Source of the DNA: a virus | Lineage: Duplodnaviria > Caudoviricetes | Virus record (IMG/VR): IMGVR_UViG_638276471_000001 | Location: 3,189 to 67,188 of that record | Strand: one strand, 5' to 3' | Length of the DNA stretch: 64,000 nt | Part shown: positions 1-9,312 of the stretch, one piece after another | How positions within the stretch are numbered: the first letter of the stretch is position 1 | Layout of the letters: the number at the start of each line of letters is the position of its first letter | Translations under genes and position numbers: made by a program | The notes under the pieces: generated by a model | Database searches by the model: none | The model's input: the letters and a program-made list of their open reading frames with translations, nothing else | Told to the model about the DNA's origin: nothing

Positions 1-573
1 TACACCTGGGACGCGCGCGAGCACGACCTCAACGCGGAGACCACGCTGCTGGCCTGGCCGGACATCGTGGACGCACTGCTGCCGGACACTCCGTTGGTCA
101 TCTCCGGTGGCGAGCCGCTACTGCACCAGAAGCATTCGGCGTTCCAGGCGGTGCTCCAGCACGCCTGGCGCAAGGGGTGTGAGGTGCACATCGAGACCAA
201 CGGCACCCTGGCACCGCTGGCCGCCACAGTCAGCGGCACCACGGTGTTCGCCGTCTCGCCCAAGCTCAGCCACGCCGGGCCGCACCGTGGCCGCCAGGAC
301 GCCGCAATCGCCGACGGGTGGGCCGACCTGGCGGTGCAAGGCAAGGCATTCCTGAAGGTCGTGGTGCGCCACAGCGGGGACGTGGAGTACGTCGCGCACT
401 GGGCCGCCGAACACGAGTGGCCGAAGCGCGCCACCTGGGTCATGCCGGTCGGCACCGATGCGCACACCCTGTTGGCACGCTGGCAGGAGATCGCCAGCGC
501 CGCCGCGCTGGCCGGTATCAACGCTTCGCAACGCTTGCACGTGCTGGCGTGGGGCGACACGAAAGGGACGTAA
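1..573 (+). CDS. queE: 7-carboxy-7-deazaguanine synthase, radical SAM (5' truncated by window)
   Basis: Frame open from base 1 (YTWD...); VISGGEPLL, HIETNGT, VSPKL and QRLHVLAW motifs; adjacent to folE. Confidence 0.9.
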   Translation, partial: YTWDAREHDLNAETTLLAWPDIVDALLPDTPLVISGGEPLLHQKHSAFQAVLQHAWRKGCEVHIETNGTLAPLAATVSGTTVFAVSPKLSHAGPHRGRQDAAIADGWADLAVQGKAFLKVVVRHSGDVEYVAHWAAEHEWPKRATWVMPVGTDAHTLLARWQEIASAAALAGINASQRLHVLAWGDTKGT

Positions 574-1148
574 TGGTCGACATTGACGCCGCCGCCTTGG
601 CGGTCAAGGATCTGCTGGGCGCGTTCGGCGTGCCGACCGACGACCACACCGAAGGCACGCCGCTGCGCAGTGCCAAGGCCTGGTCAGACATCCTCTCCGG
701 GTACCGGGAAGACCCCGCTGACCACCTGGAGGTGACGTTCTCCGCACCGGACGACCCCGGCCAGGTCATCCTGGCCGGTGTGCAGCTCCAGTCGATGTGC
801 GCCCACCACCTGCTGCCGTTCACCGGCATGGCGACGGTGGCCTACCGGCCATCGCCGGGTGACCGGGTGGTGGGACTGTCGAAGCTCTCGCGCGTGGTGC
901 AGGGATACGCCCGGCGGCTCCAGGTCCAGGAGCGCATCGGCGCGGACACCGTGGACGCGATCATGGCCCGGTTGCGCCCGGCGGGCGCGGTGGTTCTGAT
1001 CACCGCCAGCCACGACTGCATGCGCCTGCGCGGCGCGCAGGAGCCGCACTCGGCCACCACCACCATCGCCAGCAAGGGCCTGGTGCTGCCACACGAGTGG
1101 GACGCGGTGCACCGGGCGCACTGGAGTGCCTATGACACCCACCGCTGA
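573..1148 (+). CDS. folE: GTP cyclohydrolase I
   Basis: TAATG overlap; TPLRSAKAW, SMCAHHLLPF, VVGLSKLSRVV, RRLQVQER and HDCMRLRG motifs. Confidence 0.95.
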   Translation: MVDIDAAALAVKDLLGAFGVPTDDHTEGTPLRSAKAWSDILSGYREDPADHLEVTFSAPDDPGQVILAGVQLQSMCAHHLLPFTGMATVAYRPSPGDRVVGLSKLSRVVQGYARRLQVQERIGADTVDAIMARLRPAGAVVLITASHDCMRLRGAQEPHSATTTIASKGLVLPHEWDAVHRAHWSAYDTHR

Positions 1149-2826
1149 GGTCTCCGACGACTTCTCGACCCCGGAGGCCGAGCTGGTCTATCGCGCCAGC
1201 AAGTCCTGGCCGCCGGAACAACGCGCGGGCCTGCTGGCGCAGCTGGAGGCCGCACGTGCGCGCGAGGCCGTCGTTGGCCGCTACCGCAACCCCGCCGAGC
1301 TGGCGGCCACCGTGGACCCGGGGTTCAACATCACCCCGGCGCTGTGGCTGATTGCCGAGGCCATCGAGGCGCTGCTGCACTCGCCACCCGGTGTGACGCG
1401 AAACCTGCTCATCACCTGCCCGCCGCAGGAGGGCAAGTCCACCATGGCCTCGGTGTACACCGTCCTGCGTGCCTTGCAGCTCAACCCGAACGCGCGCATC
1501 ATTCTGGCCTGCTACGGCCAGGACCTCGCGCACGGCCACAGCCGCAAGTGCCGCGACCTGATCAAGCGCCACGGCTCCGGGGTGCGCGACGCCATGACCG
1601 GAGCGCAGATCGAGGACAAGCTCGGCCTGAAACTGGAGCGTGGCGCGAACAAGGTCTCGGAGTGGTCCATCGAAGGCGGTACCGGAGGCCTGGTCGCCAC
1701 CGGCCTCGGCGGCACCATCACCGGTAAGCCTGCGGACCTGTTCATCATTGACGACCCGTACAAACACATGTCGGAGGCCGACTCCGCGACGTACCGGGCG
1801 AAGGTGGACCTGTGGATGGCAACGGTGGCCACCACGCGTCTGGCACCCGGCGCTCCCACGATCCTGATCCAGACCCGGTGGCACCCCGAAGACCTAGCAG
1901 GCAAGGTGCTCACCGCCGAACTGGAGCTACCGAAAGCTCAGCGTACCTGGCGGCACATCAACATTCCCGCCATCGCCGAAGAGGGGATCAAGGACGCGCT
2001 CGACCGTGCTCCAGGTGAGGCCATGGTGTCCGCGCGCGGCCGAACAAAAGAACAGTTCGAGGCCACCAAGCGCAAGGTTGGGGATCGTGTTTGGTACGCG
2101 ATGTACCAGGGTTCCCCGACGAATCCAGCAGGTGGTTTGTTCCAGCGTTCGTGGTTCGAGGACCGGCGTCTCACCGGAACGCCGATCCTACCCGTGGCGT
2201 CAATAGTTGGCATAGACCCTGCGGACTCCGGAGAGGGAGATGAAACAGGGATCATTGCCGGGACACTGACCGGCGACGGAACGATTGCGCTGGTAGAGGA
2301 CTGGTCGGGACAGATGACCTCCGACGAGTGGTCCCGCCAGGCTGTGACCCTTGCCCTCACGGTGGGCGCGCGCGAAATCGCCATGGAGGCCTTCGCCACC
2401 GCGACCACGTACGTGAAAGTGATCAAGCGCGCGTGGGAACAGATCCACGAGGCGGCGGTGGAGAAGCACAACGCCGGTGGCATCCTGACGCCGGTGGAGC
2501 AGCGCGCCCTCGCGCCGCAGATGCCGTTCGCCATCCACAAGTGGACGGCCAAGGGTGACGCGGTGGGGCGCAGCGCGCTACTGCGCCAGGCGTGCGAGGT
2601 CGGGACGTGCCGCACCGTGGAGTACAAGCTGGCGGTGTTCGAGGACCAGGCGTGCGACTGGCAGGCCGGGCAGCACCAGCCTGACCGGGTGGCGGCGGCG
2701 CTGATCGCGCACGACCGGCTGGCCGCGCTGGCCACCGGGCGGTCCAACCTGGCCGCGCCGGTGAGCGACCGGCCGAGCGAAGTCCCGGCCTGGCTCAGGC
2801 GCACCATCGGACGCGGTGGCCTTTAG
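1132..2826 (+). CDS. terL: terminase large subunit
   Basis: Walker A PPQEGKS, Walker B FIIDDP, IQTRWH, YQGSP, nuclease GIDPA...DETGI and C-terminal PDRVAA; alternative GTG start at 1126. Confidence 0.93.
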   Translation: MTPTAEVSDDFSTPEAELVYRASKSWPPEQRAGLLAQLEAARAREAVVGRYRNPAELAATVDPGFNITPALWLIAEAIEALLHSPPGVTRNLLITCPPQEGKSTMASVYTVLRALQLNPNARIILACYGQDLAHGHSRKCRDLIKRHGSGVRDAMTGAQIEDKLGLKLERGANKVSEWSIEGGTGGLVATGLGGTITGKPADLFIIDDPYKHMSEADSATYRAKVDLWMATVATTRLAPGAPTILIQTRWHPEDLAGKVLTAELELPKAQRTWRHINIPAIAEEGIKDALDRAPGEAMVSARGRTKEQFEATKRKVGDRVWYAMYQGSPTNPAGGLFQRSWFEDRRLTGTPILPVASIVGIDPADSGEGDETGIIAGTLTGDGTIALVEDWSGQMTSDEWSRQAVTLALTVGAREIAMEAFATATTYVKVIKRAWEQIHEAAVEKHNAGGILTPVEQRALAPQMPFAIHKWTAKGDAVGRSALLRQACEVGTCRTVEYKLAVFEDQACDWQAGQHQPDRVAAALIAHDRLAALATGRSNLAAPVSDRPSEVPAWLRRTIGRGGL

Positions 2827-3293
2827 GCCGCCAGCGCCTCGCGGCCCAGCTGACCAACCACGCCGCGCTGGTAGCCGATGCCGGGGGCGGCCTCGTAAAC
2901 GTCGTTCATGCTGATCCACTCGTTGTCCTCGTCGTCGTTGAGCAGTTCGACGGCGGCGGCCAGCGTGCGGCGGTAGGCACCGGGCAGGTACATGTCGATG
3001 GCCTCCGGCGCGATCTCGGCCAGCTGGGCGGCCAGGCCTTCGGCGGTGATGCAGTGCGCGTCGCCCATCTTGGTGTCGTAGCTGGCCAGCTCCTGGTCCA
3101 GGTCCACCAGGCCGTACTTGGCCGAGAGGATCATGACCTTGGCGTTGTCCATGTCGGCGGCGATGGCCTGCGCGTTGCGCAGCGTGTTGGCGAAGTTGGC
3201 CGAGGTGTACAGCTCGGCGGCGGCGTGAACACCTTCGCGCTTGGCCGAGGCGCAGGGGATGATGACCAGCTGGGCGGCGGTGGTGTTCGACAT
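2823..3293 (-). CDS. DUF6884/YaaA-like protein
   Basis: IIPCASAK...AAELYTS..F...ILSAKYGLV.....YD pattern; RBS AGAAGGA; preceded by repeat cassette. Confidence 0.65.
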   Translation of the reverse strand: MSNTTAAQLVIIPCASAKREGVHAAAELYTSANFANTLRNAQAIAADMDNAKVMILSAKYGLVDLDQELASYDTKMGDAHCITAEGLAAQLAEIAPEAIDMYLPGAYRRTLAAAVELLNDDEDNEWISMNDVYEAAPGIGYQRGVVGQLGREALAA

Positions 3294-3300
3294 CGGGTGC

Positions 3301-3372
3301 TCCTTCTCGGGGCTGGCGGGTCTGCCCCGCCGTGCAAGACCAACAATACGTCGACAGCGCGGTATTGTCTCC
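3301..3372 (-). promoter_or_regulatory. repeat expression cassette copy 1 (promoter + leader hairpin + RBS)
   Basis: Minus strand GGAGACA-ATACCGCGCTGTCGACG-TATTGT-TGGTCT-TGCACGGCGGGGCAGACCCGCCA...AGAAGGA. Confidence 0.8.
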
Positions 3373-3375
3373 CTC

Positions 3376-3951
3376 ATGCCTCGGATTCTTGGAATCGACA
3401 CTTCGCTTACCGGAACCGGCCTGGCCAGGGCCGTGCTCCCTGACGTGCAGCGCGGTGTCGACATGCCACGGGAGTGGCCCGCACAGGTCGACCTGGCCAC
3501 CGTCGGCGCGAGCAAGCCGAAGAAAGGCGATACCTGGCTGGCCCGGAGCCGTCGGGTGCACGAAGTGCTCGACGGCATCGCCGGTGCACTGGACGACGGC
3601 CACTACGACGCTGTCGGCCTGGAGGAGCTGGCCTACGGCGCGAAGGGCGACGCCGTGGTGGTGCTGCACTGGCTCTGGGGCGAGGTCGTCAACCTGGTGC
3701 GCCTGCGCGACATCCCGCTCTACCTGGTCAACGTGTCCGGCGTGAAGAAGTTCGCCACCGGCAACGGCAACGCCAAGAAAGACGAGGTGATGCTGGCGAT
3801 GGCGAATCGGTTCCCGCAGTACACGATCAAGGACAACAACCAGTCCGACGCGCTGGCGGTGTGCATGATGACAGCGCGGCATTGTGGCGTACCGTTCGAG
3901 ACCATGCCGCTCAAACACCTGGAGTCGATGACCAAGGTGGTCCAGCAGTGA
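3376..3951 (+). CDS. ruvC: RuvC-like Holliday junction resolvase
   Basis: ILGIDTSLTGTGLA, LEE, VKKFATGNGNAKKDEV and NNQSDALAV motifs. Confidence 0.9.
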   Translation: MPRILGIDTSLTGTGLARAVLPDVQRGVDMPREWPAQVDLATVGASKPKKGDTWLARSRRVHEVLDGIAGALDDGHYDAVGLEELAYGAKGDAVVVLHWLWGEVVNLVRLRDIPLYLVNVSGVKKFATGNGNAKKDEVMLAMANRFPQYTIKDNNQSDALAVCMMTARHCGVPFETMPLKHLESMTKVVQQ

Positions 3952-4268
3952 CCGCCACCGAACAGCCGCGCACGGGAACGTTCACGATGGACTTCCGGCA
4001 CGGCAAGTCCGACCCGCTCCCCTACACTGCCACCGCCGAGCAAATCCGCTACGCCACCGAGCAGGCCGCCAGGCGAGACCAGTTCATCGCCGCACTGCAC
4101 CACGCGAACCCGGCCATGGCCGACGCGTGCTCGGTGTGCAACCCGCCGGTGCGCGCCGTGGAGAACGCATCCGAGCTGAGCTGGTGGATGCGCCCGCTGC
4201 TGCGGTTCCGGCGCTGGCGCTACCAGGCACTGACCCGTTTCGCCGACTGGCTGGAGGACCGAGCATGA
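3948..4268 (+). CDS. hypothetical protein
   Basis: GTGA overlap with ruvC; fills gap up to next ATGA overlap. Confidence 0.6.
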   Translation: MTATEQPRTGTFTMDFRHGKSDPLPYTATAEQIRYATEQAARRDQFIAALHHANPAMADACSVCNPPVRAVENASELSWWMRPLLRFRRWRYQALTRFADWLEDRA

Positions 4269-4603
4269 CCATCGACGTTTTGGCCTGGCTGGTTGTCTAC
4301 GCGCTGGCCGCCGCGCGCGTGACCCGACTGATCAACTTCGACGCGGTGCTGGACCGGCCCCGGGTGGCGCTGGTGCGGCTGGTGCGCGGCAACCCGGTGG
4401 TCGTGTACTTCATCCGGTGCCCGTGGTGCGTCAGCATCTGGGTCACGCTCCCAACGGCGTGGATCCCGCTCTGGCATTGGGACAACCGGGCATTCCAGGC
4501 CGTCGCCGTGGCGCTGGCCGTGAGCCACCTGATCGGTATCGCCGCGCCGCTGTCGTCCGACGACGACAGCGACGTGGAGGTCGCTGACGATGACGAGCTG
4601 TAA
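4265..4603 (+). CDS. membrane protein, DUF1360-like
   Basis: LAAARVTRLI..D, CPWCVSIW, hydrophobic segments, acidic tail. Confidence 0.7.
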   Translation: MTIDVLAWLVVYALAAARVTRLINFDAVLDRPRVALVRLVRGNPVVVYFIRCPWCVSIWVTLPTAWIPLWHWDNRAFQAVAVALAVSHLIGIAAPLSSDDDSDVEVADDDEL

Positions 4604-4629
4604 CACCTTCGACCGCTACCGTTAGCGTC

Positions 4630-6519
4630 GTGGCACCCACCTCACTACGCATCGTTCGCCGTCCCAAGTCGGAACCGGTGAGCACGCGTCAGCGTGCCCT
4701 GGTGGCCGCCAGCCAGCCGGTGGAGAACCCAGGCAAGGCCTTCCGCAAGGCCATGGGCAGCTCCACCCGGACGGACTGGCAGGATGACGCCTGGAAGGCC
4801 TACGACGCGGTAGGCGAGCTGCGTTATTACGTCGGCTGGCGGTCCTCCAGCGCCAGCAGGGTGCGGCTCATTGCCAGCGCCATCGACCCCGACACCGGCC
4901 TTCCCACCGGCAGCATTGACGAGGACGACCGCGTCGGTGCTCGGGTGCAGCAGATCGTCAACCAGATCGCCGGGGGCGCGCTGGGCCAGGCGCAGCTGAT
5001 CAAGCGCGTGGTCGAACAGCTGACCGTAGCAGGGGAGACCTGGGTGGCCATCCTGTTCACCGACAAGTCCCGCCTGGACAGCAACGGCAACCCGGTGCCG
5101 GAGTGGTTGGCGCTGACGCCGGAAGAGGTGCGCGCCAGCGAGAAGAAAACCATCATCGAGCTGCCCACCGGCGACAAGCACGAGTTCCGCGACGGCCTCG
5201 ACGGCATGTTCCGGGTGTGGAACCCGCGCGCCCGCCGGGCCAGGGAACCTGACTCCCCGGTGCGCGCCAACCTGGACAGCCTCAAAGAAATCGTCCGCAC
5301 CACCAAGACCATCGCCAACGCCAGCAAGTCGCGGCTGATCGGCAACGGCGTGGTGTTCGTGCCGCACGAGATGAGCCTGCCGAGCATGAACGCGCCGGTG
5401 GCCTCGAACAAGCCCGGTGCACCGGCACCGCCGATCCTCGGCACCCCCGCCGTACAGCAGCTCCAGGAACTGCTGTTCCAGGTGGCGCAGACCGCCTACG
5501 ACGACGAGGACTCCATGGCGGCGCTGATCCCGATGTTCGCCGCCGCGCCCGGTGAGCTGATCAAGAACGTCACGCACTTGAAGTTCGACAACCAGGTCAC
5601 CGAGGTTGCCATCAAGACCCGCAACGACGCCATCGCCCGACTGGCCATGGGCCTGGACGTGTCGCCTGAGCGCCTGCTGGGACTCGGCTCCAACAGCAAT
5701 CATTGGTCGGCCTGGCAGATCGGCGACGAGGATGTGCGCCTGCATATCCTGCCGCCGGTGGAGATGCTGTGCGAGGCCATCACGAACCAGGTGCTGCGCA
5801 CGGTGCTGATGCGCGAAGGCATCGACCCTAATGCGTACGTGGTGTGGCACGACGCCAGCCAGCTCACGGTGGACCCGGACAAGACCGACGAGGCCCGTGA
5901 CGCGTTCGACCGCGGGGCCATCACCGCCGAGGCCATGGTCAAGATGCTCGGCCTGGCCGACGACACCGTCTACGACTTCACCACGCCGGAAGGTTGGGCG
6001 CAGTGGGCGCGTGACCGGGTGGGCCAGGACCCGAACCTGCTGCCGACGCTGGCGGTGCTCATCCCCGAGCTGGCCGATGTCGAGTTCCCGACGCCGACGG
6101 TGGCGCTACCCCCCGCCGAGGAACAGGACGGGGACGAGGAGGCCTCCGGTGCGTCCCGGCGCGAGGAGCCGGACACCGAGGACGACGCCGGTACCGACGA
6201 CAGCGATCAGGCCAGCCTGGACAGCCGCGAGACGGCCATGGTGGAGGCCCTGGTGTTCCGGGCGCTGGAGCTGGCAGGCAAGCGCAGCCGTACCCGGTCC
6301 CTCCCGTACGAGCTGCGCCAGCTCTCCGACCGCGAGCTGGTGCGCCGGTTGGAGCCGGTGCGCCGCGAACACGTGGCCGACCTGATCCGTGGCTGGGACA
6401 GCATGCTCGAGGAGCGCGCCGTGCAGGCGCTGAACATGAACATTCCCGGCATCCGGGCGGCGGTGAAGCGCGCGGTGTACGGCGAGCTGACCAAGACCAT
6501 CGACGGCGAGGTGTCCTGA
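4630..6519 (+). CDS. portal protein
   Basis: 629 aa after terminase; VGELRYYVGW, RVWNPR, RLAMGLDVSPERLLG and NHWSAW motifs of actinophage portals. Confidence 0.88.
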   Translation: MAPTSLRIVRRPKSEPVSTRQRALVAASQPVENPGKAFRKAMGSSTRTDWQDDAWKAYDAVGELRYYVGWRSSSASRVRLIASAIDPDTGLPTGSIDEDDRVGARVQQIVNQIAGGALGQAQLIKRVVEQLTVAGETWVAILFTDKSRLDSNGNPVPEWLALTPEEVRASEKKTIIELPTGDKHEFRDGLDGMFRVWNPRARRAREPDSPVRANLDSLKEIVRTTKTIANASKSRLIGNGVVFVPHEMSLPSMNAPVASNKPGAPAPPILGTPAVQQLQELLFQVAQTAYDDEDSMAALIPMFAAAPGELIKNVTHLKFDNQVTEVAIKTRNDAIARLAMGLDVSPERLLGLGSNSNHWSAWQIGDEDVRLHILPPVEMLCEAITNQVLRTVLMREGIDPNAYVVWHDASQLTVDPDKTDEARDAFDRGAITAEAMVKMLGLADDTVYDFTTPEGWAQWARDRVGQDPNLLPTLAVLIPELADVEFPTPTVALPPAEEQDGDEEASGASRREEPDTEDDAGTDDSDQASLDSRETAMVEALVFRALELAGKRSRTRSLPYELRQLSDRELVRRLEPVRREHVADLIRGWDSMLEERAVQALNMNIPGIRAAVKRAVYGELTKTIDGEVS

Positions 6520-8966
6520 TGTGGCCGCTACCCGGTGAGTCCATCGACCGCGACATCGCGTTCGAGGCCTGCGTGGAAGACCTCTACGCCGAGGCCCTGC
6601 GCCGGTGGCACCCGACGCTCAAGGCCACCGTCTTGCCGTCGATCACCGCCGCCGGTGAGCTGCCGCCGGATCCCGACGCCGCGCAGGAGCAGGCCGCCGA
6701 CGAGTGGTCCGGTCTGACCGAGGCGGTGATTGTGGCCGGGCTGACCATGCTCTGGGTCGCCACGGTCATGGAGGCCTTCGACGCGCTCGGCATCCCGTTG
6801 CCGGAACTGCCGGACCTGCCGCGCGCCGACCGGGAGCGCATCATCGCCACGCGTGAGCCGTGGTTTGACGACACCCCCGTGGTGCGCCGGGTGCTCAGCC
6901 ACACCGGCGACAAGCGCGTGGACCTGGAGAACGCCGCTGACCTCGTGCTCAGCCAGCCGCCGCTGGCCACCGCGCTCGAGGAGTTCCAGACCGCCCAGCG
7001 CCAGCGAGCGCTGGAGGTGCCTGCCCAGGTGCGCGAGCAGCTGGCTGTGCGCGTGGAGCGGGCCAACCAACTGGCCAGCGACGCCGGTGTCGCGCCAGAG
7101 GTCGCCCGCACCGATGTGCGCGCCGCAACGCAGGCCGCCATCGACCCCGCCGGGGAGGACATGCGCGAGATCGCGCGCACCGCCGGGTACCAGGCCGCCA
7201 GCGTGCAGAACCACGCCATCCTGACCACCGCCTTGCAGTCAGAGGAAGAAGGCCTCCAGAAGTGCTGGATCGCCACTATCGACGGCAAGACCCGGCCGAC
7301 GCACTGGGCCGCCGACGGTCAGCGCGCACCGCTCGCCGGTAGCTTCATCGTCGGCGGGGAGGCCCTGGCGTTCCCCGCCGATCCGGCTGGTTCGGCGCGC
7401 GAGGTGCGCAACTGCCGTTGCCGTATGGGCGTGCTGGCCGAGGACGAGGAGCTGCCCAGTGAGGTCGACCGGCACACCGAACGCCTCAACGGTCGGGACG
7501 CGGTGGCCCGCAACCGGCAGGGCAGCCAGGCCGACGAGATCGAGCGGCGCAAGCGAGCAGGCAACGTGCGTGCCCGCGACACCCGCGACGGCGTCGGCAC
7601 CGTAGCGGCATCCGGCGGCTGGGCCGCACCGAGTGAGCAGGAGATGGCAATGGCAGACGACAGCGATACCGGCGAGACCTTCCGCACGTTCACCGACGCG
7701 GTGATCGCGCTGGTCGGTGAACCCACCAGCGACGGGCGCATGCTCAGCCGCGACATCGACTTGTCGATGCGCACCTTTCCGCACCCGCTGATGTGGCAGG
7801 AGCAGACCGACCACGGACACGGCGGCAGTTACGTCATCGGCGTGGTGGAGGACGCCCGCCTGGAGGACGGCAAGGTGCTCGGTTCGGGCTACCTGCTCAA
7901 CAACGAGCACGCCGACCAGGCCTATGACCTGTTGATCCACAAGGTGGTCGCGCCGTCGGTGGACCTGGCCGCCAGCGAGTGGGTCATGACCGACCGGGAC
8001 GAGAACCCGGTTGAGTACGACGATTACATGGAGTCCATCGAAAACGGCGACCCCATCGAGCTGTTCAGCACGGTGATGAGCGCGGAGCTGATCGGCACCA
8101 CGCTGGTGGCCACCGCTGCCTTTGGCGACACGTACCTGACACTCAACCCCGAGCGCGAGACCCGCGAGGTGCCGGTGGTGGCGTCCATCGTGGCCTCGTT
8201 CACGCCGACCACCTACCCGGCCGCCCACTTCGCCAACCCGGAGCTGACCGGGCCGACGCGCACCACGGTCACCGAGGACGGCCGGGTGTTCGGGCACATC
8301 GCCTGCTGGGACTCCCGGCACCGCTCGGTGGGCCTGGGCCACATCGACCCACCCCGCAACCACAGCGGCTACCGCGAGTTCCACACCAGCCCGCCGGTGC
8401 GCTTGGACGACGGCACCGAGCTGGCCGTCGGCCGCCTGACCGTCGGCATCGGCCACGCCAGCACGGCGGCCAACGTGACCGCCGCGCAAGCAGCTGCGCA
8501 CTACGACAACGCTGACGCCTGCTGGGCGTTGGTCCGGGTAGGCGAGGACGCCTATGGCATCTGGTTCTCCGGTGTGGTGGCCCCGTGGGCCGACCAGGCC
8601 ACCGTGGAGAAGGGCGCGAGCGCGCCGCTGTCCGGCGACTGGCGTGACTTTGGCACAGGGTACGAACTCGTGGCGGCGCTGTCGGTGAACACACCGGGAT
8701 TCAACGTGCGCGGCACCACCGACAGCCAGGGCCGTCCGCTGGCCATGGTCGCCAGCCTGGCACCTGCGGAGCACACCGCGACCGGCGGCACCGACGGCAT
8801 GACCCCGCAGGACTTCGCGGCGGCGGTGGCCAAGGCCATGCTCGACCAGCAGGAGGCGGCTCGCCTGGCCGCCGAGCGCGATGAGGTGCTGGCCCGCGCG
8901 GCGGCCATCACGCAACCCCCGACCCCGGCTGAGGAGATCAGCCGACTGCTGGAAGGACGTGGCTAA
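6519..8966 (+). CDS. MuF-like minor head protein fused to capsid maturation protease
   Basis: KCWIATIDGKTRPTHWAADGQ...FPADP...NCRC (MuF); C-terminal TSDGR, GRVFGHIACW, LSGDWR, VNTPGF. Confidence 0.8.
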   Translation: MWPLPGESIDRDIAFEACVEDLYAEALRRWHPTLKATVLPSITAAGELPPDPDAAQEQAADEWSGLTEAVIVAGLTMLWVATVMEAFDALGIPLPELPDLPRADRERIIATREPWFDDTPVVRRVLSHTGDKRVDLENAADLVLSQPPLATALEEFQTAQRQRALEVPAQVREQLAVRVERANQLASDAGVAPEVARTDVRAATQAAIDPAGEDMREIARTAGYQAASVQNHAILTTALQSEEEGLQKCWIATIDGKTRPTHWAADGQRAPLAGSFIVGGEALAFPADPAGSAREVRNCRCRMGVLAEDEELPSEVDRHTERLNGRDAVARNRQGSQADEIERRKRAGNVRARDTRDGVGTVAASGGWAAPSEQEMAMADDSDTGETFRTFTDAVIALVGEPTSDGRMLSRDIDLSMRTFPHPLMWQEQTDHGHGGSYVIGVVEDARLEDGKVLGSGYLLNNEHADQAYDLLIHKVVAPSVDLAASEWVMTDRDENPVEYDDYMESIENGDPIELFSTVMSAELIGTTLVATAAFGDTYLTLNPERETREVPVVASIVASFTPTTYPAAHFANPELTGPTRTTVTEDGRVFGHIACWDSRHRSVGLGHIDPPRNHSGYREFHTSPPVRLDDGTELAVGRLTVGIGHASTAANVTAAQAAAHYDNADACWALVRVGEDAYGIWFSGVVAPWADQATVEKGASAPLSGDWRDFGTGYELVAALSVNTPGFNVRGTTDSQGRPLAMVASLAPAEHTATGGTDGMTPQDFAAAVAKAMLDQQEAARLAAERDEVLARAAAITQPPTPAEEISRLLEGRG

Positions 8967-9139
8967 TGGCGTGTGGGTGCCGTAAGAAATCGGCTGCCAG
9001 TCCCAGTTCCAGCATCACCGGGTTCCGGTACGTGCCGCCCGACGGCGGCGATCCGGTCACGTACATGACCATCATCGAGGCCCGTGCTGCGCAGCGCGCC
9101 AACGGTGGAGGTACGATCAAAACCCTGCGCTCGGCGTAA
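8966..9139 (+). CDS. 57-aa protein (MACGCRKK...), absent from ORF track
   Basis: TAATG overlap, GGAAGGA RBS, open to TAA 9137-9139. Confidence 0.7.
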   Translation: MACGCRKKSAASPSSSITGFRYVPPDGGDPVTYMTIIEARAAQRANGGGTIKTLRSA

Positions 9140-9142
9140 CAA

Positions 9143-9187
9143 ACAACACCGCCCCCGGTCTAACTGGCTTACCGGGGGCGGTGTTGT
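9143..9187. terminator. 17-bp perfect stem-loop, terminator-like
   Basis: ACAACACCGCCCCCGGT / ACCGGGGGCGGTGTTGT right after the stop codon. Confidence 0.7.
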
Positions 9188-9200
9188 GTCTGCGCTCGGT

Positions 9201-9223
9201 GGTGCACGGTCGCCGTTTAGTGT
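9201..9223 (+). promoter_or_regulatory. putative promoter for major capsid gene
   Basis: GGTGCAC-N10-TAGTGT, same arrangement at 14389-14411. Confidence 0.45.
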
Positions 9224-9312
9224 TCGACCGCAGAGAGCGACCGTCTGGCTGCGGGCCGGGGAGCAATCGACCGAGGTACTGCTGAGAGCTACACCGAGAC
9301 AGGAGTTGAGCA

